From Spizellomyces punctatus DAOM BR117 (taxonomy: Eukaryota), in the NCBI GenBank assembly GCA_000182565.2, contig KQ257465.1: DNA of 64,000 nt. One strand, given 5' to 3'. Below the pieces are notes generated by a model that saw only the letters and a list, made by a program, of their open reading frames with translations, had not been told where the DNA came from and made no database searches. A program made the translations under genes and the position numbers. Shown piece by piece: positions 1 to 12,300 of the stretch; the first letter of the stretch is position 1, and the number at the start of each line of letters is the position of its first letter.

Positions 1-643
1 CTAACGTTGATAGGAGAGTCTCGTCTACTTATTAGTATCAGAAGCAAAGTGAAACTTGAAGGTTTAAACAAAGGCCCGCGAAAGATAGTTCAGCCAGATG
101 GCCCCCGGTTGGCTCCGAGATCAACCTCGCGTCGCTGCGTCATCAGTATTGGCTGCGTGACTCATAAAAGTTAAATTTCGTTGCAACAGAGAAATATAAT
201 ACGTAAAAACATAAAAAACATATGCCTAAAGATCCAGTCAGATGATGTGATTCAAGAGAGAATTGCCGGATGGCCGACGAAAGGGGAACATATGAAAGAT
301 CGTCAGGCTATGGATTGAAACTTGTTGTGAGGATCTGGAAACAGCTAAAGGACTGATAGCAGAGGCCAGGCCCCTCAAGAGAGGATTATCCAAAGTTTTC
401 TCCTGCTGTTCGTGTTGGCGGAGCGTTTCTTCCAATCAAGACTCAATGATGCTGCTGGTTAGGGTTAGGGTTGGTGTAAATTCTTATACAATCATCAGCA
501 TTCCATCAGTTTCATGTGCCACGCGTCTCATCCAATCAAAATGCTTTACTGCTGACATTGTCCCCCTTTCCGATCCTCAAAAAAACATTTCCAGCCTTGC
601 TGAAATACTCTCCCCCCCCTCCCCCCAGCCGTGATGCTAAGAA

Positions 644-2288
644 ATGACGACTATAACTAACGATACCATGGACCTTCCCACCCTCAATGGCACCTCCAGC
701 CGCACTAGCGATACTGTGCAAATCGTCGATGTCGAACCAACAAGGAATCCGGCCAGCAGCGATAACGCCACAATGAAAGACTTCTATGTGATCGCTGCTG
801 GATATATATTCTTTACCCTTACCGACACAGCTGTTCGAATGATTGTCTTATTCGGATTGTGGCAGAGGCACTTTCAGGTACGAGCCATTGAGTTTAAGCA
901 AAACTCAAAGGTCGGCTCCTCACTCTCCATCACAGGCTCTCAATATTGCCATTATGTTTGTATCTTACGAGGCACTGGGCGTAGTTACGAACCTGTTTGG
1001 AGGCATTATGGGTTCTAGGTTAGGGCTCCGCTTTTGCCTCCTTCTAGGCCTGTTGCTTCAGCTTGTCGGAATCTCCCTTCTCTTCGTTCTGGACCGTGAA
1101 GATGTTTCGCATTGGTCGCAAGCAGCCGTGACGGGTTACGTGGTTTTTGCACAAAGCTTTTCAGGCGCTGCAAAAGATCTCGTCAAACTAGCCGGAAAAT
1201 CATCCACAAAGTTAGCCACCAAAGCAGCAAAAAATCGCAAGACCAATGCCGGTGACCCTCTTTTCAAACTTGTCGCATGGCTGACTGGGGCAAAGAACTC
1301 TGTTAAAGGCCTTGGATTTCTCATTGGTGCAGTTTTGATCAACTATGCTGGTCTCTGGCGAGCACTTTTGGTCATGGTTCTATTGACGCTCTTACCATTG
1401 CCGGGAGTATGGATGTGGTTGGATCCACGATTGGGAATCTCAAAGGATCAGCAACGGTTAACGCTGAGAGAGATATTTGACAAAGGGAGGGATGTTAATA
1501 TGCTGTCGTTGGCAAGGGTGTTCCTGTTCGGATCGAGAGATCTCTGGTTTGAGATTGCTTTACCCATCTGGTTACGGTATGTATGCATATCGGCTTCCTT
1601 CTGTCAGCTGAACATTTATCCCTTTTGCCCGACCAGTGCGCAATTTGATTGGAATTTTACCGCAAGTGGAGCTTTCCTGGCTGTGTGGATTATCATTTAT
1701 GGGGCTGTCCAAACGATTACCCCTCAATATATTCTAAAGCCGCTGAAAATGTACCCATTCAAACGGTAAGAGACGAAAGTCGGGCCGTTTACAGGACAAA
1801 AACTCACGCATTTGCTATAGGGCAAAGCTGCTTGTAATATGGACAGTTTTGCTCATGATCATTACTATAGCAATAGCTGCATACCTTACAGCTGTACGCA
1901 ACAAGCCAATCAGTGATCAGAAGGCCGCTACTCTCTCGATCATTTCGATCGGTCTGGCAGTTTTTGCTTTCGTCTTCGCGGTAAACTCTTCGATACACTC
2001 TTACTTAATTGTTGCATATGCGGCAAAAGATAAGATAGCCATCAATGTTGGCTTTTACTGTGAGTACCCATTCATTTGGTTTACAAGAAGAACTTCGAAA
2101 TTAAGTTCCCAATGCTTCATCTAGATTGCGCAAATGCGTTAGGTCGATTGACCGGAACTTTACTGTCTGGTTTTATGTTCCAATATTACGGTATCTGGGT
2201 TTGTATCTGGACGTCTGTGGGCTTTCTAGCCATCTGCACAGTTATCACAGCATTCTTTCGGGATGTGAAAGACGCGAACACTGAGTAG
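644..2288 (+). CDS. arsJ: ArsJ-family MFS organoarsenical (1-arseno-3-phosphoglycerate) efflux permease, 5 exons
   Basis: Introns 878-935, 1577-1636, 1766-1820 and 2060-2124 (all GT..AG) join the ORFs in frame. The spliced protein carries ArsJ-like motifs FTLTDTAVRMIVL, YEALGVVTNLFGG, SGAAKDLVKLAGKSS, LTGAKNSVKGLGF, ARVFLFGSRDLWF, VFAVNSSIHSYLI and GFYYCANALGRLTGTLLSG. Confidence 0.9.
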
Positions 2289-3636
2289 AATAACATTAAA
2301 AGTAACTACCACTTGAGAAATGTGCATGGGAGAGCGTACCGTTCTTGTCCCAAAAAGACGGCTTATTGCTCCCCACAAAGCAAATAAATGCTTTTGGGCT
2401 TAATATTACATTTAACACTAGCGCAACATGGTCAATGCATGCTCAAAGAGTATACTACCGCATTGCGACTCTGTGCATGTGTAGCATCAGTGATCAAGAA
2501 AAAATTCAGATGCAACTCAAGTTGCGGGTCACCCAATGTTGACATGTCCAACAGTCTTGGCGCGATATCTAAGTTGCACAAAAAGAAAGCAAGCAAGATA
2601 GCACGGCAAGATCGGCAAACTCAACAGAGGTGCCCAGATCGAGTGGCAACCGACGTATGGCCTATAAAAGTGTCGGGTAAGCTTCTGGTAATATAAATGA
2701 AGCAGATAATCGCAGCAGCGTGGGTCAGAGTGTGAATACAAATGTAGTCGTCCCGGCCAAAGCCATTCCGATAATACATGCTTTAAACCATCATTCCCAT
2801 TGCTGGCGAAGTATGCGCTATATAGCAACTACTGACCTTTTGCACAGGTGCGAGACCTGGATGTCGCGCCCTGGCCCACCACTCAACGTTAGGCATGTAT
2901 CAGATCTAAAGAGACAAGAGACGAAAATACACCTGTTAGAACCCATTTCTTCTCTTTGCGGGTTGAATGTGCGACCCAAATAATGCTCAGTTGAAAAAGA
3001 ATTTTCCGCTCATTCGGCAAATGGGAGATATCCCGCCTCGGTATTAGCATGGATAAACCATCACTGCACTTTTAAGTTCTACACTGCTGACGACCCGACG
3101 TTTGCTTACCTTGTGCGTGCTTCATAGCCGAACAGATTTAACTAGAAATACGGAAAATATAAGAATTAATCCAAGTTATGCCACGAACTCAGCTGTTGCA
3201 AACAGCTCCAGTGATCATCAATATCTTGTCAACAGAGACTGTTCAGGATTTGATAGTACTTTTTGATAATCATTTCACTCTGACATGTTCAGCCCAATTG
3301 CCAACCAAAACAACATACCTGCACACGATTTGAAGAACTGCACATCCTCGAAATCGCCCTTCCTTTTATTTTCAGTCCAGCAGTGGCGCAGGTGTCACGA
3401 GCGGGGCGCATTCATTCCAGTCACATGATCCTGGTCAAATGCTGTTGTGGGAGGGGATACTGAGAAACAACAGGGCCTGGAAGAGTCCAGGATCTTAGGG
3501 ACGAAGGTAGTTTCCGGAGATAGGGAATTTCTATTCCTATGCATGCTCATAATCTAAGGTCTATCTACAGTGTGTTCCTTGTCCAATACCATAAAGAGGA
3601 TTTATGCAAACAACATCCTATACGGACCTTCACAAC

Positions 3637-4832
3637 TTATTTGATGTGATACGGACATGAACTAACATCCCACGCTTCATCGTGCCACTTCGCATATAGA
3701 GCCAGTGCATGATCATCTGTCCAGCGCAGCATCATCCGAAATATAATAAGTTGTCTAGAGACCTTTAAGGCGGTACCCGTAGTAACAATGCTTACCTAGT
3801 AACCGGTTGGCTTTTATAAACATGACTTCATATGGATGGAAGGTCATTTCTGCAGAACACTATGAGCATTATATCGCGTACAATTATGATTTCCGGGCCA
3901 CCCACCATAGTATCCTTTCGGAAGGTTTGGATCATCATGAGTGCAGTGTGTTCCGTAGTTTGGGGATGTATGATAGCTCGTCATTAGCACATCTACGCCA
4001 TATCCAGCATTTCGGATGTCTTGCGTCAACTGCACTTCCCCTCTCATCACGGCATCATGCATATTCGTCCAGCACTGCATTGACCCCGCAGCGGCATTGA
4101 AGGCGTCACGATCCATTGCCAGCACCTGACTTTGGACGTGCGGTCGTGGTCGACAATTATACGTTGTCCCAACCAACTTGACCCTCTCGTTCAACCGACT
4201 GAGCAGCAGGTCCGTCCAGCAGCCCTTCGTGTATGTTGGCATGAAAGGTCCACGGACAGAGGCGTTTATCATCACAAACCGACGGTATCTGCGATTTAGT
4301 TGCTTTTCCAGCATTTCGACCCCAATTTTGAAGGACCCTATATCGTAACATCTAAAGGGTGCACAAGATCAGCGCTTGCTGTAAGCAATAAAGACAGCAC
4401 GCCGACGAACGGACTTATTTTCTCGCCGAATGATATGGATGTTTGAACGCTCAGGAAAACGTATTCCTTCGTCAACATGCCCGTTAAGGATGAATAAATA
4501 ATCTACATTAGACTGTAGGCCATGCCGAAGGAAGAATTGAAGATTGTCGGTCTGGACAGGAACTTGCGGACCCTTTACACTTGCGAGCGGTTTCCGGTGA
4601 GTCTAGAGATGGTAGTTTCCTGTGGTTTTGAGTGCTTTCCTCACCGGAACTCCGTATCCGCTTTCGAACTCGTACCATCATAGTAGATGTACACGACTAG
4701 AGTATCGCTCTCACTTGACTTGCGATTCACAATACCCAAACTTTCTTGACGCAGAGGGTCTGCAAACCAGACAAGCCCTACAACTGTTGCGGCGATAAAG
4801 AGTAAGATGATAGAATAGCGAGGACGACCCAT
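3637..4832 (-). CDS. Type II membrane protein, putative glycosyltransferase-like, multi-exon
   Basis: N-terminal TM anchor (YSIILLFIAATVVGLVWF). Spliced motifs LVVYIYY, NLQFFLRHGL, RENKCYDIG, INASVRGPFMP, VKLVGTTYNC, PHVQSQ and HPYEVMFIKANR. The function is inferred. Confidence 0.6.
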
Positions 4833-6312
4833 CGTGGACTGGGAAGGAGCTGGAGTTGCGCCGATTCCATCGGCGCCGGACAGGTTGGATTACTATTCCT
4901 GTGTATCTACTGGTTTCGAACACGCCAGGGCACGTGGGATTACAGTAGCACGAATCTATCAGCGCTATTAACAGCACATTGTTCGCTATTCTGAAATGTG
5001 GGCGACTTCTTGGGCTTACGGGCAGGCCCCTTCATGTTGGACATGGAAACAGTGTCACCTCATGCATCTATTCACGCTCCTTCGATGAATAAATACTTAC
5101 ACATCTACGTTGGAAAACGACTTACGGGCAGGACTCTCCATGTTGGACATAGGAACAGTGTCGCACACATGCACCTATTCAAGCTCCTTCGATCAACTTA
5201 CCTGTTGTGTTGGCAAAATTGAAACATATCATACATCATTGTACCCACTAGATGAATAAAGCACCTTGCTGGGGCGGGAAAGTTTGTCCGTTATAAAAGA
5301 AATCGGACTACGACGATGACAATACTCGTGCGACCCATATAACTTCGGCTCTATCGTGCAGTGCAATGGATTAGAATTAAACCGTCCGGCCACACGTATA
5401 GAAGTTGTATTCGGCTTGAAGCAATCCATATAAGCCACATGTGCATCACACATAGCTGGTATCATCAAAGTCATCCGGAAAGGCTGTGAAAATAGAAAAC
5501 ATATTAGCACATCATAATGCGCTTCCTCTACAGTAAAGTGTCGACAGTGCAATCTTACCATTGAAAAATTTGGTGTCAACAAGCCTTTCGTCAAACGATT
5601 TCTGTTGTTTTCCGGTAGGAGCAACGGTAGTGTCATCTAATGAGCTACCAGTGTGTCCTCTCGACGATCGTGTTCCATAAACAAAGGCAGCAGGTGTGTT
5701 TTCTTCAACCCGCATTGCATCCGCTTCAAACTCGAAGTCTTCCTACGTAATATCTCATGAGCATTGTGTAATCCTTGATTTATACTTGAAAACGAAACCG
5801 CATATCCGCAGCCGTTCTTTTTTTTTTTTGATCTTACATCCATCTCGCTCGCATTCCGTCCGCTCATCCTTCCTTTGGTACTATATCTCCTCCGCTTTTG
5901 AACGGTGCCAATGATGCGATCGCCTTTGTGATTTCCCTGATATACTCGATTTGTACCCTCTGCCTGCCTATCGTTAGAGTGATATAGGTGATTCCCTTTC
6001 TGATCTTTGCACGGTCCAAGAGAGCCTCCTGTGCCACAGTAAGCTGCAGGCCTTCGTCACTTGTCGTATAGGAGCTCGAGCAGAGTTCTAATTCATCGTC
6101 TTCTCTTGAACTTGACGATGGAGGAGATGCGGAGCGACTGTGCTTCGAAGTGGTTATGATGGCGGATGAGCAGGGTGAAGGTCGCCTCTCTCCGAAAGGA
6201 CAGCTTTTGATGACATGAGGTGCTGCATGATATGGCTGTGCCACCGTGGGTATCATGTCATTCCTGGACGGCTGCCTGCTTCCTATCCAGTTCACGCGAA
6301 GTTTAGATCGAT

Positions 6313-9300
6313 ATGCCAGGCAAGCTGCCACCAGACCGCCTTGGTTTTGACAGAGAAGATGCGATTCTGTATGAGTTGGTCCCTGTGTCTGAATGGCTTC
6401 CAGACGATTCTTCCGGAGAACATAGGGCAATTATGCGAACCCCAGGGAAGATCACCCAAGCCGTTTCGAGTTCGTACTCCAGTGTTCCTCAACGACTGCT
6501 CAAAAATATTGCGGCCCGCCTTGTACGCACATTAGATGGACTGGTCGTATCTGCATCTGTGCCACCAGCGCTGGTTCAACTGCTTCCATTTGTTCGGTCA
6601 TCTTGGATACTCGAAGCTTCTCCGTGTGGAGAATATCTCGCAGTTGTCACAGATGAAATGCTCGAGATACGATCAAAAAAGGAAGCGTTTGAGGTCACCG
6701 GAGTGGTGTCACTTGATCGCGATGGGTTTCCATCTTGGCGACGAATTGCGTGGTCGCTTGATTCTCAATTGTTGGCGGTGACTGGGAGTGACGGCCGAGT
6801 ACAAATAGTTCGCACCGATGGCGTCCTGATGTGCTCCATTTCGTCGAAAACTAAAGAGGCTGGCTCAGGGCGTGGTTCGATTTCCCTGCCAACCCGCCCT
6901 GTTGAGGTGGAATGGGAAGACCTGGGAGAAGCATATCGGGATCCTGTCGGCTTTATTGAACCTATATCCACCCTCTTGTTTGTGCGACCGGAGAGGGACT
7001 CTAAGACGCCCGTTTTCATGTTCGAGAATCATCATTACACGCATGAACTGATTACAATCACCTACGATGGCCTACTCCGTAGCTATCTTATTAATCTCGA
7101 CGGATTGGCCCAAGCGCTGCCACCACCGAGCACCACGTCATATGTTCCGGCGTTACATGGTCGAAGATCAAGTACCGCGGGACTCTCTATTTTACGTGAA
7201 AGTAAGCAGCATCCTGGGCAAATCACCTATTACCATAAATTCTCGTTTCGTCATTGGCACATGTGCGTTTGCACTGCTGTGGCAGACGTGACCCGAGGTG
7301 TGCTACTTGTGAGCGGGAAGGGAGTGCATGTTCGGGGCAGTAAGCTACGTGATGGTAAAGAAGCCAGTCTTACGGGGTTTATATCCGAATGGAAGCTTAT
7401 CTGGGAGAAACCGCACTATCAAATGGAAGGGGTGGAGGTTACAAAGGCCAATTTGGATGTTCCGTTGGACGACCATGCGGCGGAAGGTCTATGGGGGAGC
7501 ATCAGAAAGGTTTTCACAATAGATTCTGTTCTTATGTCCATTCAGCCTTCACGAAGGATGCTCTATCTGGACACCATCCATCGTATTTACTTATCGCCTG
7601 CTGGGACGCATCTTGTTACACTGGACTGCGGCGGAACAGTAAAAGTTTGGGCAGTGAAGGGACTTGAGTTACTGCTTGAATGGACATCCGCAGAGCTGCA
7701 TGAGCAACTGAAGCGGTCTTCCACTACAATCACAGAAGGCACCGATGTGGACCTGAGGTCGTCCAATCACGTAAACGGAATTTCCGGCAGCCCTACCGTT
7801 GTTTCGGTTGGCTGGTGGTCCAATTCTAGTATCACTTTGGCATTTCTTGACGGAAGTGTTTTCATCCTTAATCTACCTCATTTAACGGATCTGCTAGGGA
7901 ATAGCCTGCAAAAGCTGCGTTGCCATCCAGACGTGGTTTCAATGAACGGAGATCGGTTGTTTATACTTGATTGCGAAAAGAAAATTGTGCGTTTGTGTGT
8001 GCGTGATGGAGTTTATTCTCCCATGCGAGCCACTAGCGACGACCATCTGATAGATGAAGACCAAAATGAAGATCCCCGCCAGAAGACCGCGGTCGAAAGA
8101 TTACTTTCTATTGCAGCTCGTCCGTTGCGATTCGTCACTGACACCTTCCTGTGGCATTGGGAAGATGAAACGTCGCCTTCCAGAAAAATGGTGACAGTGC
8201 AAAGGCGGAAATATCGTCTGTTGTGTTTATTTAAGACCACACCGCTTGAAGCCATGAGACGCAAAATTCAGCGGGAGGACTTTGGCGCGGCTTTAGAATT
8301 AGCAGCGCAGTTTGGATTGAGTATGGATGAGGTTTACAAAGCGCAGTGGGTCCGAGCGGAGGTATCTGAAGACTCTATCCGTGATTTTCTGGTCAAAGTG
8401 GAGAATCGGTCATGGGTCCTGCGTAACTGTTTGGAAAGAGTGCCCCCGTCACCTAAAGCCACGAAGTTGCTGTTGCAATACGGACTGGAGCAGACAGGGA
8501 GCGTTACCTTGGATGATGTTGAAAGAGATGTTGAAAACTTGCTGGACGATCTATGTGAACAACCGAGTGCATCCGCAGTTCAGGCGACCCTGGATGACGA
8601 ACAGGGCCACCTACCATCTACGGCCGAGCTATGCCTGTATCGCTATCGTTTTTTGAAGTATCTTGACAGACTCGAGACGCATGAAGCCATATACGCGGGC
8701 GCATTTGATGACCGCAACACCGAAGGCAGCCACAGCAATTTTGCAGAGCACTTTGCGTGGTTCAGAGATTGCGACTTGGTTGTTCAAGCAATAAACTATG
8801 CAACGACAAAAAATATCCCGGCGTTACAACAGCTTTTCACGCGTCATGGTAGAGAAGTCTTGCCGTTTCGTTTGGGCATTTTGAAGCAGCTTCCGGAAAC
8901 AGCCGATCCTAGAGAGTATGCGCACCTTTTACCTGTTATTGACGGACACAGTGGTCAAGAGATGGAGTGGCAGGTTATTCCATGGCGAAAGCCAGATTGG
9001 ACGGAGTCAGACACGGTCAGAGACTTCATAGGAATTGTGGAAGAGGGTAATGAACAAGAATCTGAGGAGGTCTTGCCAACAGGATGCAGACAGTATAACT
9101 ACCCCGCCTCGCTTGAGGTCATTCGAGATTGGTACCGTGAACGTGCTGGTGAAGTTGAAGGGCTGTCTGGGCAGGTGGACTTTGCCCTGGAGCTCATTCG
9201 GTCTGGTATCGACAACAATGTGACTGGGCTAGAGGACTTGGCCGAAGATTTACAAACCTTATCTGAACTGATTTACGACTGTTACAGTCCAGATTCGAAG

Positions 9301-12300
9301 GCAGCCTTGGATCTCTCCCTCGATCGTCTATGCAGCTTGTACCCTGGAGAAGTGGTGCGTCTGTTTCTTGTGGAAGCGGAAACCCGTACAGTGGTTTCGA
9401 TAATGGATCGGTTTGTTCTACCATTCCTGAGCCGGCAGGCTTTGAGATGGGAGCGACAACTTCGGGAAGGGAACGAAATGGTGCCGCCAGAGCCACAGGA
9501 AGCCATTCGCAACATTCTACATGAATGGCTCATCGAGGTTGCCGACGAGCATCTAGACTGGTGCGTAGCTGTCTTTGAAACATTCAGCGCGACTCCAACC
9601 GGCAACCATCGAATCATCGGTTCCAGGAAAGATCTAGCAGATCTGTCCATGCAGTGTGCTTATCGCTGTACTCGTACCAATGCGCTTGGAGAGTTTCGCA
9701 AATTGCTCAAGAGCATCCCATTTCAAAACCTGCAGAGCACAATATCTCCGGCGGAGCCTATCCGCAAGTCAATGTCATGGGAGGACGAGCTCGAGCTCGC
9801 GATGCTCGAAATCAATGATTCTAATATGGCGTTGCCAAGTGACCTATTGGATGATCCAGCGGTAATGGATGACTTGCAAGAACGCTTCCAGCGGTTCAAA
9901 GTACACGTAGAAGCGGTTGCGATATTGGAACGCTATGGTCTAGCGAGGCCTCTGTCCTGGTTTCTGGAATCAGACAACAATATCGATGCGCAACGTCAAT
10001 TGGTTGTGCAGCTTGCTAGACGGTCAGCGGGGGGTGAAGGCATGGGAGCCGGTGGTGAACATCGTTTTGAGTCTGAAGACGAGTGGTCTGGGCTCTTGGA
10101 CGACATGCTGGAGCTTCACCAATTAGGGGTCTTAGACCGTGTCCCGAGAAGAGATATCTATGTGGAGTTTCTCTCGGTTGTTCTCAGCAGCGGAAGTACG
10201 TGCGGTTATTCGTTTCGGGCACGTGCTAAGGGACATAACTAACTTAGCCATACTAGAATTCCGATTAGCAAAAAGGATCATGCAACCCGAGTCAGGCCTT
10301 CCACCTCTACCGAGTGACGTTTCGGAGACGTTGGTGATCAACGCCGCAAGAGAATTCTTCGATAACGCCCATAGTGGGGACATGAACCATGGCCTTATGA
10401 AGAAAGCACGAGACTGGTAAGCATGGCCAGTTAGAATTGACCAAACCGACAGAATGCACAGTTTGATGACTCTCTCGTCCTTGCAGTCTAAAAGTGCTAC
10501 CGACATCCCCCATCTTACAGACAGAACTAAACTTAATCAAGGCGACACATCAGCTGACAACTCGTTATAATATCACATTGGATCCCAAGGAAGATATCCT
10601 CATTCTCCCCATTCAGATCCGATTGCATCCAGATCGTCTTCAGCTCATACAGCAGATCCTTCGGCGGTATCCTGACGCATACAATTCCGCCCCATCCTTG
10701 CTCGAACTCACCAAAATGCTCTTGGGTGAGCAGTATAATCGCAGCGTAGAAGTGCGTGCGCAAGCAATGATTGCGACAGCTGCCCTCGAGGCAAAAAGCT
10801 ACGAGACTGCATATCAAATATGCGAAGATCTCATCAGGGGAATGGGCGAAGCACGGTCCATTGATCCATTGGTGGCCGAGGCGGTCTGTAAAGTCTGCAT
10901 GGCTCTTGGAAATGTGGCTGAATGGCCAGATCTCAAGAAGAGGATGAAGGTTGTTGGTCACGCGCTGGCACTGTGCCCAACCGAGAAAATGGTCGAAGGA
11001 CTTGCGCTTTGGAGGTCCTTGGAGAGCGAAAAAACCGCGTTGGATGCTGTAAACCGCGTCCCCGGAATAAAATCCGCACCGTCTCTGCTAGGTCGCCTTG
11101 ATGGCACATCCGAAATGGGTTCCGAGTCGTGGATATTCAGTGTGGAGAAAGCTATTGGAGAGCTCGAAAGACAATTGCTGGCATTCGAAGATCCTGGTCA
11201 TCTTCAGGCCACCGCCAAAATTAAAACTCTGCCGCGGCATCCATTCTACCAGAATTTGCAGAACGTGGATTCTCTCAAAGCATACCCCGGTGGCGAGTTG
11301 GCTGGTTCAACAATTCAAGGAGGCCTTCTAGAGGCTTTGATGAGATTAAGATCTGCTCATGGTACGTTCGCGGCCGGAATGACACAGCTCGATGACAACG
11401 GTGAATGGATCAAGGACGAAGATCTTCTCAGTTACTCAGCAGAGATATATGCGTCTGACGCTGTTCTCGCTTTCAATTGTCTGCTACACCAGCAAGAGGT
11501 AGGATAGCACCTTAGGTGGTCTTCGCTTGATTTTTAACCTCTTGTGACTGACTGCGGCGCACCAGGATCATAAAGCTGGGGAGTTTTTCGATGGGCTTCC
11601 GCCATCACCAGCAAACGACCTGTTAGCGTGCTACTACTATGCTCACAAGACGTTCTCCCGTACATTAAGCGCCGATAATCGTCATTTTCTCGCGGAGCTG
11701 CCTAAATATGCACCGTCAGACGTCATTCGTAACATCGATCGATTGGCCTCTACACTGGATCGGCCAAATGGAGGTCCCCCCGCGATCTCCAGCCCTCTTA
11801 GCCCACTGCGGTCCGTAGGAGATTGGGACTTTGATTTGCCTCTGCCATTTTCTGGTGACCCGCAGCCGCCAGATACCATCGATCCGGCCGCAGCGTGGCC
11901 ACCACCGAAAAGGCAGCAGGTTTTGGGAGAACAAGCTGCTGAAGCCTTGACGAAAGCTCGACATTATATAACTCTAATGGAAAACAGGCGACAAGAGCGC
12001 ATGTTGCGCTCCATATATGATAGAAAGGGTGTAGATCCACTCAAGTTTGAGCAAAATGATGAGTATAAAAGAGCGGTTGTTCTTGACATGGCTCGTACAT
12101 TGGACGAGGCCGTGCTAGCGGAGGCATTCAAACTCGCCCATGAAGTTGGAGTGTCCGATTTGGATGTAGGTTCCAGGATCGATGCATCTGATCTGTGTCG
12201 CACGATCGTGCTTATGTTTGGACGTAGGTGGTTCTGTCAAGGGTGGCGTGGCTTTTCTGTTCGGAGGCCATCTCTGCTTCGGTTGTGGAAGAACAGCTGA

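Noticed and set aside
455-472. TTAGGGTTAGGGTT telomere-like repeat (similar CCTAACCCTAAC near 49241)
   Set aside because: Only about two units, so compatible with chance and not a telomeric array.
5229-6430. Minus-strand ORFs upstream of and overlapping the NBAS start
   Set aside because: No recognisable domain and no convincing splice model; may be spurious.
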